60,762 bases of DNA from an uncultured SAR86 cluster bacterium (GTDB lineage Bacteria > Pseudomonadota > Gammaproteobacteria > Magnimaribacterales > D2472): contig CABYCI010000003.1 in NCBI GenBank assembly GCA_902517425.1, positions 1 to 60,762 of the forward strand. The letters are read 5' to 3'. The notes below the pieces were generated by a model. That model was not told where the DNA came from. It ran no database searches and worked only from the letters and a program-made list of their open reading frames with translations. Below, in pieces: positions 18,215 to 28,477 of this stretch. The first letter of the stretch is position 1, and each line of letters opens with the position of its first letter. The position numbers and the translations under genes are program-made.

Positions 18215-21200
18215 TTAAATCTCTATTATATTTTTACCAAAAACATCTTCTAGTGAGAAAAAGTTTTCAAGTGAAGGCTTAAATTTATATTCATCACCAA
18301 TATCTATAATGGCTTCTGACTTTTCTGAAGTTACTCTCACATTTAGCCTGCATGACCCATCTGTCCAAAAATCTTTATTAAAAGAATCAAGATACTCAGA
18401 AAATTTTTCTAAAGAAACAGCTTTAGAATTACTTATATCGATTATTATCTCTTTAATTCTTTTATCTAGTTCTGAGTCAACTGTAAGAACTTCTTTAACT
18501 CTCATCCTAAACATTAGCCCTCCCAAGTCTCCAGTTCTATAATCATCTACTTCAACTGTTCCTTTTAAAGAAAGTATTTTGCCTTCTTTTAAAATATCAT
18601 GGCAATTTTCTAAAATTTCACTTGAAACGATACCATCCATTGTTCCAGTTCCATCATTAAAATTAATAAAGGTTAGTGGTTTACCTTTTCTGTCTTTAAT
18701 TTGTCTTACGCTATTTATTAAACAAATCAATGTTGCCGTTTTTGTTTCATTAGATAGTTCGCTTATCTTTTTAGACCTTATTTTTTTAACTTTATTTTCA
18801 ATAGCAAGCACGGGATGACCTGATAAATAATAACCTAAAGATTTCTTCTCTAATTCAAGTTTTTCGGTCAATGTAAGTTCGGGAGTATTCTTATATTTCT
18901 CGTAAGGGTCAAAATCCTCTTCAATTGAAGAAAATAAATCACCGCTTTGTAAAGAAGGATTATTGCTATTACTAGCGCCATCTTTAAGCATGTCTTCAAC
19001 AGATTTAATTGCGATTGTTCTTGAAGGGGCTAATACATCAAAAGCACCTGATTGCGATAAAGCTTCAAGAGATTTTTTACCACCTAGTTTAATATCAATT
19101 TTTTTTGAAAAGGTCCATAAGTCTTTAAAATTTATTTTGTCTCTTATGTTGCAAACGTGATCTATAAAAGCATCTGCAACTCCCTTAATTGCTCCTAATC
19201 CATATTCGATATCTTGATCCTTGTTTACATTGAATCTCTTTTTTGAAGTTCTTATATTAGGATTAAGGACATTGATTTTCATTCGAGAGCATTCTTGAAT
19301 TAATGCATGGATTTTATCTGTATTTCCTAATTCTGATGATAAAACTGCTGCCATGAAATGCTCTGGATAGTATGTTTTAAGATAGGCTGTTTGATATGAG
19401 ATAAGAGCATATGCTGCGGAATGAGATTTATTAAAACCATATTCAGCAAATTGATTTATTAAATCAAAAATTTGTTCCGCATTCTTTGATGTAATATCAT
19501 TATTTTTACATCCTCTAACAAATATTTCCCTTTGTTCTTCCATCTCCTCTTTCTTCTTTTTGCCCATAGCCCTTCTTAAAATATCAGCTTGGCCCAAAGA
19601 AAATCCTGCTAATACTCTCGCAGCTTCCATTACCTGTTCCTGATAAACAATTACTCCATAGGTCTCTTCTAGAACTTCTTTTAGTAACTTATGCGGATAT
19701 GTCACAGGACTTCTTCCATGCTTTCTGTCTACAAATTCGTCATGCATACCAGAATTAAGTGGTCCTGGTCTGTAAAGAGCTAATAGAGCAGTAATTTCTT
19801 CAAATTTGGTAGGTTTTAATCTTTTAATAAGATCTCTCATGCCAGAGGACTCTAGCTGGAATACAGCCATGGTTTTTCCAGATGAAAGAAATTTAAAAAC
19901 TTTTTCATCATCTAGTGGGATTTTATCAAGATTAAGTTTTTCAGTATCTAGATTCTTGTTTATCGATTTAACAGCTCTATCAATAACTGTTAATGTTCTC
20001 AACCCTAGAAAATCAAATTTTACCAACCCAATCTTCTCTACATCATCTTTATCATACTGAGTCATAACTGAACTAGAGGATCGATCGACATATACAGGAC
20101 AAAAATCAGATATGCTGCCTGGAGCAATGACTACTCCTCCAGCATGCTTTCCTACATTTCTAGCAATACCTTCAAGCTTATACGAAAGATTTACAATTTC
20201 TCTTACCTCATCATCATTTTTAATACTTTGGGCAAATAAAGGTTGTTCTTCCTTTGCTCTATCCAATGTCATACCAGGTGCGAATGGAATCATTTTTGAA
20301 ATTCTATCGCCTAAAGCATATGGCTTTCCTAATGCTCTTGCCACATCTCTTACAACTGCTCTCGCCGCCATTGTTCCAAAGGTTGCGATCTGCGAAACAG
20401 CACCTTCACCATATTTCTTACTTACATAATCTATAACTAGGTCTCTTTTTTCCATACAAAAATCAATATCAAAATCAGGCATTGAAAGTCTTTCAGGATT
20501 TAAAAACCTCTCGAAGAGAAGTCCGTGATCAATAGGATCTAAAGTAGTAATACCTAAGGCATATGCTACTAGAGAGCCAGCTCCAGAACCCCTGCCTGGT
20601 CCAACAGGAACATCATTATTTTTTGACCATTCTATGAAGTCATAAACGATAAGAAAATAACTAGAAAAACCCATGTTCTTAATTTGATTAAGCTCATAGT
20701 TTAATCTTGATTTATATTCCTCTTGTTGTTCTTTTTTAAAATTTTCAATATATCCTTTCAATCTTTTATTTGAAAGTTCTTCAAGATAAGTATCAAAATT
20801 ATGTTCTTTTGGTACTGGATACTCTGGAAGAAAGTATTCTTTTGTATCAAACGATACATTGCATTTTTTTGATATCTCATTTGTATTATCTATTGAAGAA
20901 ATACAGTCCTTAAATAAATCCTCCATTTGTTCAGAAGATTTGAAATACTGTTGTTCTGAGAATATTTTTTCTCTATTAGGATCATTTAACGTTTTTGAAG
21001 TATTAATGCAAACCTTTGTTTCATGAACTTCATAATCATCTTGATTTGCAAAGAGCACATCATTCGTTGCAACTAATGGTATTCCTTTTTCTACTGCTAA
21101 AGGAAGTATATTTTTAAAATACTCAACTTCATCTGGTCTATTTGTCCTTTGGACTTCTAATACAAAATCATCTTTGAAATATTTTGTGAAACTATCAATT

Positions 21201-21652
21201 ATCCTTGTTGCATCAGAAACATTGTTTCTTTTAAGGCATTCAAATATATGGCTATCTTTTCCTCCTGATATGGCAACTATGTCGTTTTTTAGTTCAATTA
21301 ATTCATTAAAACTAATTACGGGGGATGTAAAAGAAGAATTATTATGCGCGTTAGAAATAACTTTCATTAAATTTTTGTGCCCTTCATTTGTTTTTGCTAA
21401 ACATAAGAGTTCATGCGAATTTTCATCATTTTCAAAAATTAATTTTATTGAAGCCCCGGATATAGGTTTGATTCCAGCTGCTTCACATTTATTAAAAAAC
21501 TTTACAAGACCAAACATATTTGATTTGTCTGTCAAAGCAACAGATGGGATAGAGTTTGTAGAAGCACTTTCTACAATTTGATCAATAGTTAATAAGCCTT
21601 GGCTGATGCTATATTCTGAAGAGACTCTTAAATGAGAAAAAACACCACTCAT
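18215..21652 (-). CDS. dnaE: DNA polymerase III alpha subunit
   Basis: PHP domain, GPGRGSGAGS, MPDFDIDF, KHAGG, KFDFLGL, YGFNKSH and an OB fold. Confidence 0.98.
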   Translation of the reverse strand: MSGVFSHLRVSSEYSISQGLLTIDQIVESASTNSIPSVALTDKSNMFGLVKFFNKCEAAGIKPISGASIKLIFENDENSHELLCLAKTNEGHKNLMKVISNAHNNSSFTSPVISFNELIELKNDIVAISGGKDSHIFECLKRNNVSDATRIIDSFTKYFKDDFVLEVQRTNRPDEVEYFKNILPLAVEKGIPLVATNDVLFANQDDYEVHETKVCINTSKTLNDPNREKIFSEQQYFKSSEQMEDLFKDCISSIDNTNEISKKCNVSFDTKEYFLPEYPVPKEHNFDTYLEELSNKRLKGYIENFKKEQQEEYKSRLNYELNQIKNMGFSSYFLIVYDFIEWSKNNDVPVGPGRGSGAGSLVAYALGITTLDPIDHGLLFERFLNPERLSMPDFDIDFCMEKRDLVIDYVSKKYGEGAVSQIATFGTMAARAVVRDVARALGKPYALGDRISKMIPFAPGMTLDRAKEEQPLFAQSIKNDDEVREIVNLSYKLEGIARNVGKHAGGVVIAPGSISDFCPVYVDRSSSSVMTQYDKDDVEKIGLVKFDFLGLRTLTVIDRAVKSINKNLDTEKLNLDKIPLDDEKVFKFLSSGKTMAVFQLESSGMRDLIKRLKPTKFEEITALLALYRPGPLNSGMHDEFVDRKHGRSPVTYPHKLLKEVLEETYGVIVYQEQVMEAARVLAGFSLGQADILRRAMGKKKKEEMEEQREIFVRGCKNNDITSKNAEQIFDLINQFAEYGFNKSHSAAYALISYQTAYLKTYYPEHFMAAVLSSELGNTDKIHALIQECSRMKINVLNPNIRTSKKRFNVNKDQDIEYGLGAIKGVADAFIDHVCNIRDKINFKDLWTFSKKIDIKLGGKKSLEALSQSGAFDVLAPSRTIAIKSVEDMLKDGASNSNNPSLQSGDLFSSIEEDFDPYEKYKNTPELTLTEKLELEKKSLGYYLSGHPVLAIENKVKKIRSKKISELSNETKTATLICLINSVRQIKDRKGKPLTFINFNDGTGTMDGIVSSEILENCHDILKEGKILSLKGTVEVDDYRTGDLGGLMFRMRVKEVLTVDSELDKRIKEIIIDISNSKAVSLEKFSEYLDSFNKDFWTDGSCRLNVRVTSEKSEAIIDIGDEYKFKPSLENFFSLEDVFGKNIIEI

Positions 21653-22203
21653 TGATTAATGACGCCCTTAAAACTTTTTCTGTGAATTTCACAATGACCA
21701 TTAATTTTTAGAAGTCTTAAGTGCTCAGCAGTGCCATAACCTTTATTATTAATAAAATCATAATTAGGGAATTTTGAGTTGTATTCGATCATTAAATTAT
21801 CTCTGTAAACCTTAGCAATTATAGAAGCTGCACTAATCTCAGCCTTTAAAGCATCTCCACCAATAATTGCCCTCATAGGGATATTTAGATCTGGTTTATG
21901 TATACCATCAACTAAAACCAATGTAGGCTTTACTGGTAAGTTTAGTATAGCTCTTTTCATTGCTAGTAAAGAAGCTTTAAGAATATTAATTTCATCTATT
22001 TGAATATTATCTACGATGCCGTATCCAAAATAAGAATTTTGAATTATTAATTTAGCTAAAGAAGATCTTTTATTATGTGATAATTTTTTTGAATCTTTTA
22101 AACCAGAGATTTTTCTTTTTAATACAACTGCTGCAGCAACAACAGGACCAGCTAAACAACCTCTTCCAACTTCATCAGTTCCTGCTATTAAATTACTTTT
22201 CAG
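21649..22203 (-). CDS. rnhB: Ribonuclease HII (probable CTG start)
   Basis: The frame stays open upstream of the 103-aa track call: (CTG)KSNLIAGTDEVGRGCLAGPVVAAAV...DSKKL...IDEINIL..., then DG, AASIIAKV.RD, KGYGT and HRKSF. Confidence 0.93.
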   Translation of the reverse strand: MKSNLIAGTDEVGRGCLAGPVVAAAVVLKRKISGLKDSKKLSHNKRSSLAKLIIQNSYFGYGIVDNIQIDEINILKASLLAMKRAILNLPVKPTLVLVDGIHKPDLNIPMRAIIGGDALKAEISAASIIAKVYRDNLMIEYNSKFPNYDFINNKGYGTAEHLRLLKINGHCEIHRKSFKGVINQ

Positions 22204-23321
22204 ATTAATGTTAATTCTCTCGCTGCATCTGAATACCCTCTTCCTTTAAGCATCTCTTTTAATGATTCAGCAATTGTTTCAGAGTTTTCTTTTAGTAACA
22301 AAGTTTCTTTAATAGCATTCTTTATGTTTTTTTTATTAAAATCATTTTGTAATAATTCAACAAAATATCGATTATCGAGAAGCAAATTAGGTAGTCCGAT
22401 ATTATCTACTTTGAGCATGCGAGATATTATTGAATAGTTTATAAAATTTGTTTTATAGCAAATGATTGGGGAGCAACCAAGAACTGCCGATTCTAATGAA
22501 GCTGTGCCAGATGTGACAATGGACAACTCTGAAATAGATAGAAATTCTCGCATTGAATTTTCTTTAATTAATACAGGTAGGTTGCTCTCATGAAATGATT
22601 TTTTTAAAACTTCCATTAATTTTTTATCAGCTGCAGGTATTAGATACAGATACTCGTTATTCTCTTGGGAATGCTCCTTAATAAATTCTTTATATACTGG
22701 TAGCATGTCTTGTAGCTCAGATGGCCTGCTTCCAGGAAGCACCGAAAGGTATTTTTTATCTTCATCTAAGTTATATTTTTTAAGTACATCAACCCTATCA
22801 ATTTTATTGAGTTTAGAAAACGGATGTCCCAAATGAAAACTTTTATGTCCCTCTTTCTTATAGAAATTATCTTCAAAGTTAAATAAGCATAATGTTAAAT
22901 CTATGTTTGCCTGAATTGATTTGATTCTATTTTGTCTCCAGCCCCATACTGAAGGACTCACAACTTGGATATTTTTATTTATATTTTTCTTTTTTAAAGC
23001 CTTGTGAATTCCCATATTAAAATCTGGCGAATCAATTCCAATAAAAAGATCAATTTTTTTATTGATAAAGGTCTCAATTAAAGAATTTCTTAAATTTTTA
23101 AGCTTTCTGTAATTCATTAGGGGTTGGACAAAGCCCATTACATTTATTTCAGAGAAATTAAACTCTGAATTTACGCCTAGTTCTTCAAGTTTAGGTCCGC
23201 CTACACCATAAAGATTAACTTCAGAATTTTTTTTAATTTCATTGATTAAGCCAGCGCCTAACCTATCACCTGAATGCTCGCCACAAACCACTCCAATATT
23301 TAAAGGTCTGTTAATCGGCAC
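22200..23321 (-). CDS. lpxB: Lipid-A-disaccharide synthase
   Basis: GEHSGD, IDSPDFN, SPSVWGWR, LPGSR, TSGTASLE and LPN motifs; GTG start. Confidence 0.95.
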   Translation of the reverse strand: MPINRPLNIGVVCGEHSGDRLGAGLINEIKKNSEVNLYGVGGPKLEELGVNSEFNFSEINVMGFVQPLMNYRKLKNLRNSLIETFINKKIDLFIGIDSPDFNMGIHKALKKKNINKNIQVVSPSVWGWRQNRIKSIQANIDLTLCLFNFEDNFYKKEGHKSFHLGHPFSKLNKIDRVDVLKKYNLDEDKKYLSVLPGSRPSELQDMLPVYKEFIKEHSQENNEYLYLIPAADKKLMEVLKKSFHESNLPVLIKENSMREFLSISELSIVTSGTASLESAVLGCSPIICYKTNFINYSIISRMLKVDNIGLPNLLLDNRYFVELLQNDFNKKNIKNAIKETLLLKENSETIAESLKEMLKGRGYSDAARELTLI

Positions 23322-24098
23322 TTATCTTAAAATCCCTCTCTCAGAAACTTCTATAGATTTAATAAAAGAACTTAAATAAGGGTCATCATTTTCATTTAGA
23401 GCTTTAATTTGGTTAATAGCTTGATCTATTTTTAATTGTTTTCTATAGACCAGCTTATAAGCTTTTTTAATTAAGCTAATGGAGCTATCTGGTATATTGT
23501 TTCTTGTCATTCCAACTGAATTAAGCCCTATAACTCTTGCTGGATCTGCAGCAACTTTCACATATGCTGGAATATCCATGTTTATGGATGTATTCATTCC
23601 AATAAAAGAAAAATCGCCCAATTTACAAAATTGATGAACAGTAACTAAGGCGCTTATAGTTATATTATTTGAAACACTTACGTGCCCTGCAATACCAGCA
23701 TTATTTGCAAAAACATTATGATTGCCAACAGTACAGTCATGGGCAATATGACTATAAGCCATAAATAAATTGCTAGAGCCAATTTTTGTGATTCCTTTAT
23801 CTTGGATAGTGCCTCTATGAACGGTAACGCCTTCTCTAAATATATTGTTATCACCAATTTCTAACTTCGTTTTCTCACCTTTAAATTTTTTATCTGGAGT
23901 ATCTTCTCCAATTGTTGAAAATTGATAAAAAATATTATTTGCGCCTATGGAAGTAGGTCCTTTTATAACAACATGACTAAGTAATTTAGTTCCTTGTAAA
24001 ATTTCAACATCTTCTCCAATTATGCAATATGGACCAATCTCTACTGAATCATCTATCTTTGATGATGGGTGTATTATTGATGTTTCATGATTTTTCAT
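23322..24098 (-). CDS. lpxA: UDP-N-acetylglucosamine acyltransferase
   Basis: Hexapeptide repeats, REGVTVHRGT, HIAHDC, HQFC and C-terminal RGILR. Confidence 0.96.
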   Translation of the reverse strand: MKNHETSIIHPSSKIDDSVEIGPYCIIGEDVEILQGTKLLSHVVIKGPTSIGANNIFYQFSTIGEDTPDKKFKGEKTKLEIGDNNIFREGVTVHRGTIQDKGITKIGSSNLFMAYSHIAHDCTVGNHNVFANNAGIAGHVSVSNNITISALVTVHQFCKLGDFSFIGMNTSINMDIPAYVKVAADPARVIGLNSVGMTRNNIPDSSISLIKKAYKLVYRKQLKIDQAINQIKALNENDDPYLSSFIKSIEVSERGILR

Positions 24099-24550
24099 TT
24101 CGCCTTCCTATCAGCACATAAGATAGTAGCAGTGCAAATTAATTTGTTATTAAGTTCTGCCCTACAATCGAACTTCCATATACCTCTTTTTTCACTGACA
24201 ACTTTGCATATTAAATCAATGTTATCACCTGGTCTTACTCTCTTTCTAAATCTAACTTTATCTACTCCAGCTAAAACATAGATTGATCCCTCTTCAGGAG
24301 TCTTATTCATTGAAACAAATCCTAATATTCCAGATGCTTGACCTAATGCTTCTATAATTATGACGCCTGGAAATATAGGATTATTTGGAAAGTGTCCTTT
24401 GAGAAAATATTCATCTTCTGAAATCAATTTTGTTGCATGAATCTCTTTGTTTTCTTTTATTTCAAGAACCTCGTCTATAAATAAAAAAGGTTCTCTATGT
24501 GGTAGATATTTTTTAATATCTTCTTTTTTTATTTTCAAATTACTTTCCAA
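24095..24550 (-). CDS. fabZ: 3-hydroxyacyl-ACP dehydratase
   Basis: LPHREPFLFID and GHFP..PIFPGV.IIEALGQ motifs. Confidence 0.96.
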   Translation of the reverse strand: MESNLKIKKEDIKKYLPHREPFLFIDEVLEIKENKEIHATKLISEDEYFLKGHFPNNPIFPGVIIIEALGQASGILGFVSMNKTPEEGSIYVLAGVDKVRFRKRVRPGDNIDLICKVVSEKRGIWKFDCRAELNNKLICTATILCADRKAK

Positions 24551-25475
24551 GCTTTTTTATAAATATTGAAGATTTAGCCCAATCTTTTTGTTTTTGAGAT
24601 GGCATTATTCCAATGTAATCACCCGGTTCATCAATACTCTTTGTGATTAAGGTATGGGCTCCAATAGAGACATTATCACATATATCTAAATGACCAAGAA
24701 CTCCTGAAAGGCCTCCCATTTTAAAGTTTTTTCCTATTTTTGTTGAGCCTGCAATAGCACAAGATGCAGCAATTGCAGAATTTTCTCCAAGAATTACATT
24801 ATGAGCGATATGTATAAGATTATCCAAAATTACTCCATCATGAATCTCTGTATCATCGAGCGCACCTCTATCTATTGTACAATTCGCACCTATTTCTACA
24901 TTCTTGCCAATTTTTAAATTTCCAAGCTGTTCAATTTTTACATACCCTTTTTTTGACGGAGCAAAACCAAAGCCATCTGAGCCTAGGACACAACCAGGAT
25001 GTATAAGGGTATCTGAAGAAATTGAAACATTTTTTACAATCGAGCAATTTGCATTAATAGTTACGCCATCTTCAATAATGCAATTTGGTCCAATTACAAC
25101 ATTCGGACCAATAAAGACATTTTTACCAATAGAGGACTTTTTCGAGATAACTGCAGACTCATGAATCCATGGCAAAGGCTGCTCTGATTCTTTTTTAAAA
25201 ATCTTTGAAAGAATTGCATATGCCATGTAGGGATCATCAGATTTAAGATAATTAAATTTATTATCCTCTTGGTATTCTTTTGAAACAATAATGGCGGAAG
25301 CATTACAGTTAGATAGAGAATCTACATATCTTTTATTTGTAAGAAAGGTTATAGAGCCTTTATCGGCTTTATCTATTGTTGATAACTTGTCAATATGACA
25401 GAGTGGATCACCTAAAATTTCAGAATTAGTAGCTTCAGCTAGCTCTTTTAAAGTAAAGCCTTTATGACTTGACAC
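24540..25475 (-). CDS. lpxD: UDP-3-O-acylglucosamine N-acyltransferase
   Basis: GSDGFGF, EIGANCTIDRGA, DNLIHIAHNV and hexapeptide repeats. Confidence 0.95.
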   Translation of the reverse strand: MSSHKGFTLKELAEATNSEILGDPLCHIDKLSTIDKADKGSITFLTNKRYVDSLSNCNASAIIVSKEYQEDNKFNYLKSDDPYMAYAILSKIFKKESEQPLPWIHESAVISKKSSIGKNVFIGPNVVIGPNCIIEDGVTINANCSIVKNVSISSDTLIHPGCVLGSDGFGFAPSKKGYVKIEQLGNLKIGKNVEIGANCTIDRGALDDTEIHDGVILDNLIHIAHNVILGENSAIAASCAIAGSTKIGKNFKMGGLSGVLGHLDICDNVSIGAHTLITKSIDEPGDYIGIMPSQKQKDWAKSSIFIKKLGK

Positions 25476-26011
25476 TAATCAGTCTGAGCAGGAGCCCCAG
25501 CAGCGGCAACATCTAACATAGATGTAACATCGTCTGTAAGATCTAATGCAGGGTCACTAAATAGCAAGGTTTCATTTTTAGCTAATAAAACTTTTATTTG
25601 CTTTGCTGCAATTAGTTCACTGATAATTTTTTGCATTGCTGGTCCACTTTGCGCAAATACTGCTTGAGCAGTTTCTTCTTGAGCTTGTTGGATTTTTCCT
25701 GCTAAAAACTCAAGATCTTTTCCTTTATCTTGAATATCTTTTTGCATTTGAGCAATTTCTTCCTGTGATAGCGTTTCAAGTTCTTTTTGAAGTTTTTCAG
25801 CAATAGCTTGTCTGTCTGCTTGAAGTGACTTGGCTTCTTCTAGATTAGATGAATAATCAGGATCTTCTTCTAATGCTTTGAATGCGTCCGCAGCGCCTTG
25901 AGTTGATAACACAGCTGTTCTCATATCAATAACGGCAACGCCGTCCATTGCAAATAATGGAGATGCTACAAACAAAAATGTTAGCAAATAAAGTTTAAAT
26001 ATAATTTTCAT
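25475..26011 (-). CDS. skp: OmpH/Skp periplasmic chaperone
   Basis: Signal peptide, VAVID, a coiled-coil body and DLTDDV; lies between bamA and lpxD. Confidence 0.88.
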   Translation of the reverse strand: MKIIFKLYLLTFLFVASPLFAMDGVAVIDMRTAVLSTQGAADAFKALEEDPDYSSNLEEAKSLQADRQAIAEKLQKELETLSQEEIAQMQKDIQDKGKDLEFLAGKIQQAQEETAQAVFAQSGPAMQKIISELIAAKQIKVLLAKNETLLFSDPALDLTDDVTSMLDVAAAGAPAQTD

Positions 26012-26047
26012 GTTTACCCCTTAATGGATTTGACCATTTTATATTAA

Positions 26048-28468
26048 CTAGAATACATTTCCTACTGTAAATTGGAATTCTTCCGTTCTCTCTCTTGGTC
26101 CTGCATTTGTTGGTTTTGCAATAGCTAAACTCATCGGACCAAAGCCAGTAATCCAAGTAATACCAACACCATATGAATATCTTAAATCGTCAATCGAAGG
26201 TTCTGAGCAGTTTATTTGATATTCTTTACAATTATCTGAAAATACATTTCCGAAATCAAAGAAAAAAGCAGATCTTAATGATCTTTGATCCTCAATAAAA
26301 GGCAGTTTAAAGATAAGTTGTAAACTTCCTTCAATTTTAATATTTCCACCTATAGGCGCATCTCTGTATCTTGAGGTTTGATTTGCGTATGGATTGTAAT
26401 ATGGGGTATCTAATTCTCCATCACCATCGATATCTAGTAAATTTGGACATGTACCTTCAGCGTAATTGAATTCATAACATGGAGCATCCGTACTTCTTGG
26501 TCCAAGAGTATTTGATTCAAAACCTCTTAATGACCTGGGTCCTCCAGCATAGAAATTTTGAAAAAATGGTGTTTCTTCAGTATCACCATAAGCATTTAAA
26601 TAACCAAGCTCACCTTGAAAACCAAAAACAAGATTCTGAGTCAAAGGCTGATAGTATCTCTGTCGAACATTTAACCTGTAGTAACTTAAATCACTACCTG
26701 GAATCGTTGAACTAAAACTAAGAACTGTAGAAGCTCCATCAGTAGGAAATAAACCTCGATTAAGGGTCACTCTTTGCCAAGAAAGTTGAGCTGAAAGAGT
26801 CTCAAATATATTTCCTTCAGCCGATACAAAATCATAAATTTCTCTAGCTGGAAGACTGCCAACATCAATATCAGTTTTATCATATGTTATGTTAAAGCCT
26901 AATCTTGTGATATCTGAGATAGGATATCCGAACTGAGCTCCAAAACCATTTGAGTTAGTTAAATAATTTGCAACATTAAACTCTCCATAATCAGTCTCTC
27001 TAAAGTAAAGGTTATAACCCAAACTTACTCCATCTCTTGTTGCATATGGATTCATGTATGAGATGTTGTACATCTCACTGTAAATATTTTTGTTTATCCC
27101 AATACCAACGGTGTTTCCGCTTCCTAAGAAATTTTGTTCTTGAAGATTAAACCCAAGCATTAAACCAAAGTCGCTGTAACCAATATTTCCACCTATGCTT
27201 CCAGTTGTTTCCTCTTCGACACTATACGAGATATCGATTTGGTCATCTGTTCCAGGAACTGGGATAGTTTCTACACTTACTTCCTTAAAATATCCCAGCC
27301 TTTCAAGACGAACTTTTCCTGCCTCAATAGCGTTATCGGATGTCCATGCGCCCTCAAACTGCCTCATTTCTCTTCTTAAAACTTGATCTTGTGTGATGTT
27401 ATTGCCTGTAAATAATATTTTCCTTGTATACGTCCTATTTCCAGGTTGGACAGAGAAAATTAACTTTACTTCGTTGCTTTCTTCGTCAATTTCAGGATTA
27501 CCTGCAACTTCCGCAAAAGCATACCCCCTATTTCCAAGAATATTTATAAAGTACTCTTCAATGCCCGTTATTTGAACTTGAGAATAAGTTGTATCTTTTA
27601 GGCTTTCTACAATATCTTTATATATTGCCTCTTCAAAAGGTATGTCGCCAACAACATCAACATCATTAATTTTATATTTATCACCTTCATTAATATTAAA
27701 AGTAATAAAAATTGATTTTTTGTCCCTAGATAGGCTGATTTGTGATGATTCAATTGAAAACTTAAGATAGCCTCTATTTCTGTAAAATGATTCAAGTGTT
27801 TCGATGTCACCTTTTAACTTTTCTCTAGAATATTGATTATCATTTGCAAGAAATGAAAAAAAGGATCCTTCTGATAGTTCAAAGCCATCGATCAATTCTT
27901 CATTTGTGTATATTTCGTTCCCTATAATATTGATCTTTTTTATAGTTGCGCTCTTTCCTTCGTCTACTTCGATATTAATCTCAATTCTATTCCTTGGCTT
28001 AATAACCTCTTCAATTTCTACACCAGCACCATATCTTCCGTTCGAAGCATAAGATCGAACTAATTCAGATTTAACTTTTTCTAATGTGGATCTCTTATAT
28101 ACTTCACCTTCTTTTATACCCACACCATCAAGACTTTCCATTAGTTGTTCGGTTTTTAGTGCTTTATTACCAGATATATCTATTGCAGATATAGAGGGTC
28201 TTTCGGTCACTGTTATTATCAGAGTATTTCCATCTTTACCAATTTGAATATCATCAAATTGTTCTGTGGAGAATAAAGATTTCACAATATCATTTGATTT
28301 TCTAGAATCTATCTTGTCGCCAACACTAATTGGAATAACATTAAAAATACTACCTGTCGAAACTCTTTGAAGACCGATTATTCTTATATCACTTACTAAG
28401 AACTCATCAAAAGCCAAAAGTTGTGTGCTTAATAGCAAAGATATTAGGACTAGCTTTATTTGCTTCAC
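26048..28468 (-). CDS. bamA: Outer membrane protein assembly factor BamA
   Basis: POTRA repeats (GLQRV, GNKAL, LRREMRQFEG), the LRGF loop motif and C-terminal FQFTVGNVF. Confidence 0.97.
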   Translation of the reverse strand: MKQIKLVLISLLLSTQLLAFDEFLVSDIRIIGLQRVSTGSIFNVIPISVGDKIDSRKSNDIVKSLFSTEQFDDIQIGKDGNTLIITVTERPSISAIDISGNKALKTEQLMESLDGVGIKEGEVYKRSTLEKVKSELVRSYASNGRYGAGVEIEEVIKPRNRIEINIEVDEGKSATIKKINIIGNEIYTNEELIDGFELSEGSFFSFLANDNQYSREKLKGDIETLESFYRNRGYLKFSIESSQISLSRDKKSIFITFNINEGDKYKINDVDVVGDIPFEEAIYKDIVESLKDTTYSQVQITGIEEYFINILGNRGYAFAEVAGNPEIDEESNEVKLIFSVQPGNRTYTRKILFTGNNITQDQVLRREMRQFEGAWTSDNAIEAGKVRLERLGYFKEVSVETIPVPGTDDQIDISYSVEEETTGSIGGNIGYSDFGLMLGFNLQEQNFLGSGNTVGIGINKNIYSEMYNISYMNPYATRDGVSLGYNLYFRETDYGEFNVANYLTNSNGFGAQFGYPISDITRLGFNITYDKTDIDVGSLPAREIYDFVSAEGNIFETLSAQLSWQRVTLNRGLFPTDGASTVLSFSSTIPGSDLSYYRLNVRQRYYQPLTQNLVFGFQGELGYLNAYGDTEETPFFQNFYAGGPRSLRGFESNTLGPRSTDAPCYEFNYAEGTCPNLLDIDGDGELDTPYYNPYANQTSRYRDAPIGGNIKIEGSLQLIFKLPFIEDQRSLRSAFFFDFGNVFSDNCKEYQINCSEPSIDDLRYSYGVGITWITGFGPMSLAIAKPTNAGPRERTEEFQFTVGNVF

Positions 28469-28477
28469 TTATATGAC

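Noticed and set aside
21560-21652. Missing metal ligands in the DnaE PHP domain (HLRVSSEYS)
   Set aside because: A degenerate PHP site is normal for proteobacterial DnaE that relies on DnaQ for proofreading.
21649-21960. rnhB as a truncated pseudogene (103 aa in the track)
   Set aside because: The frame is open and conserved up to 22203; only the start codon is atypical.
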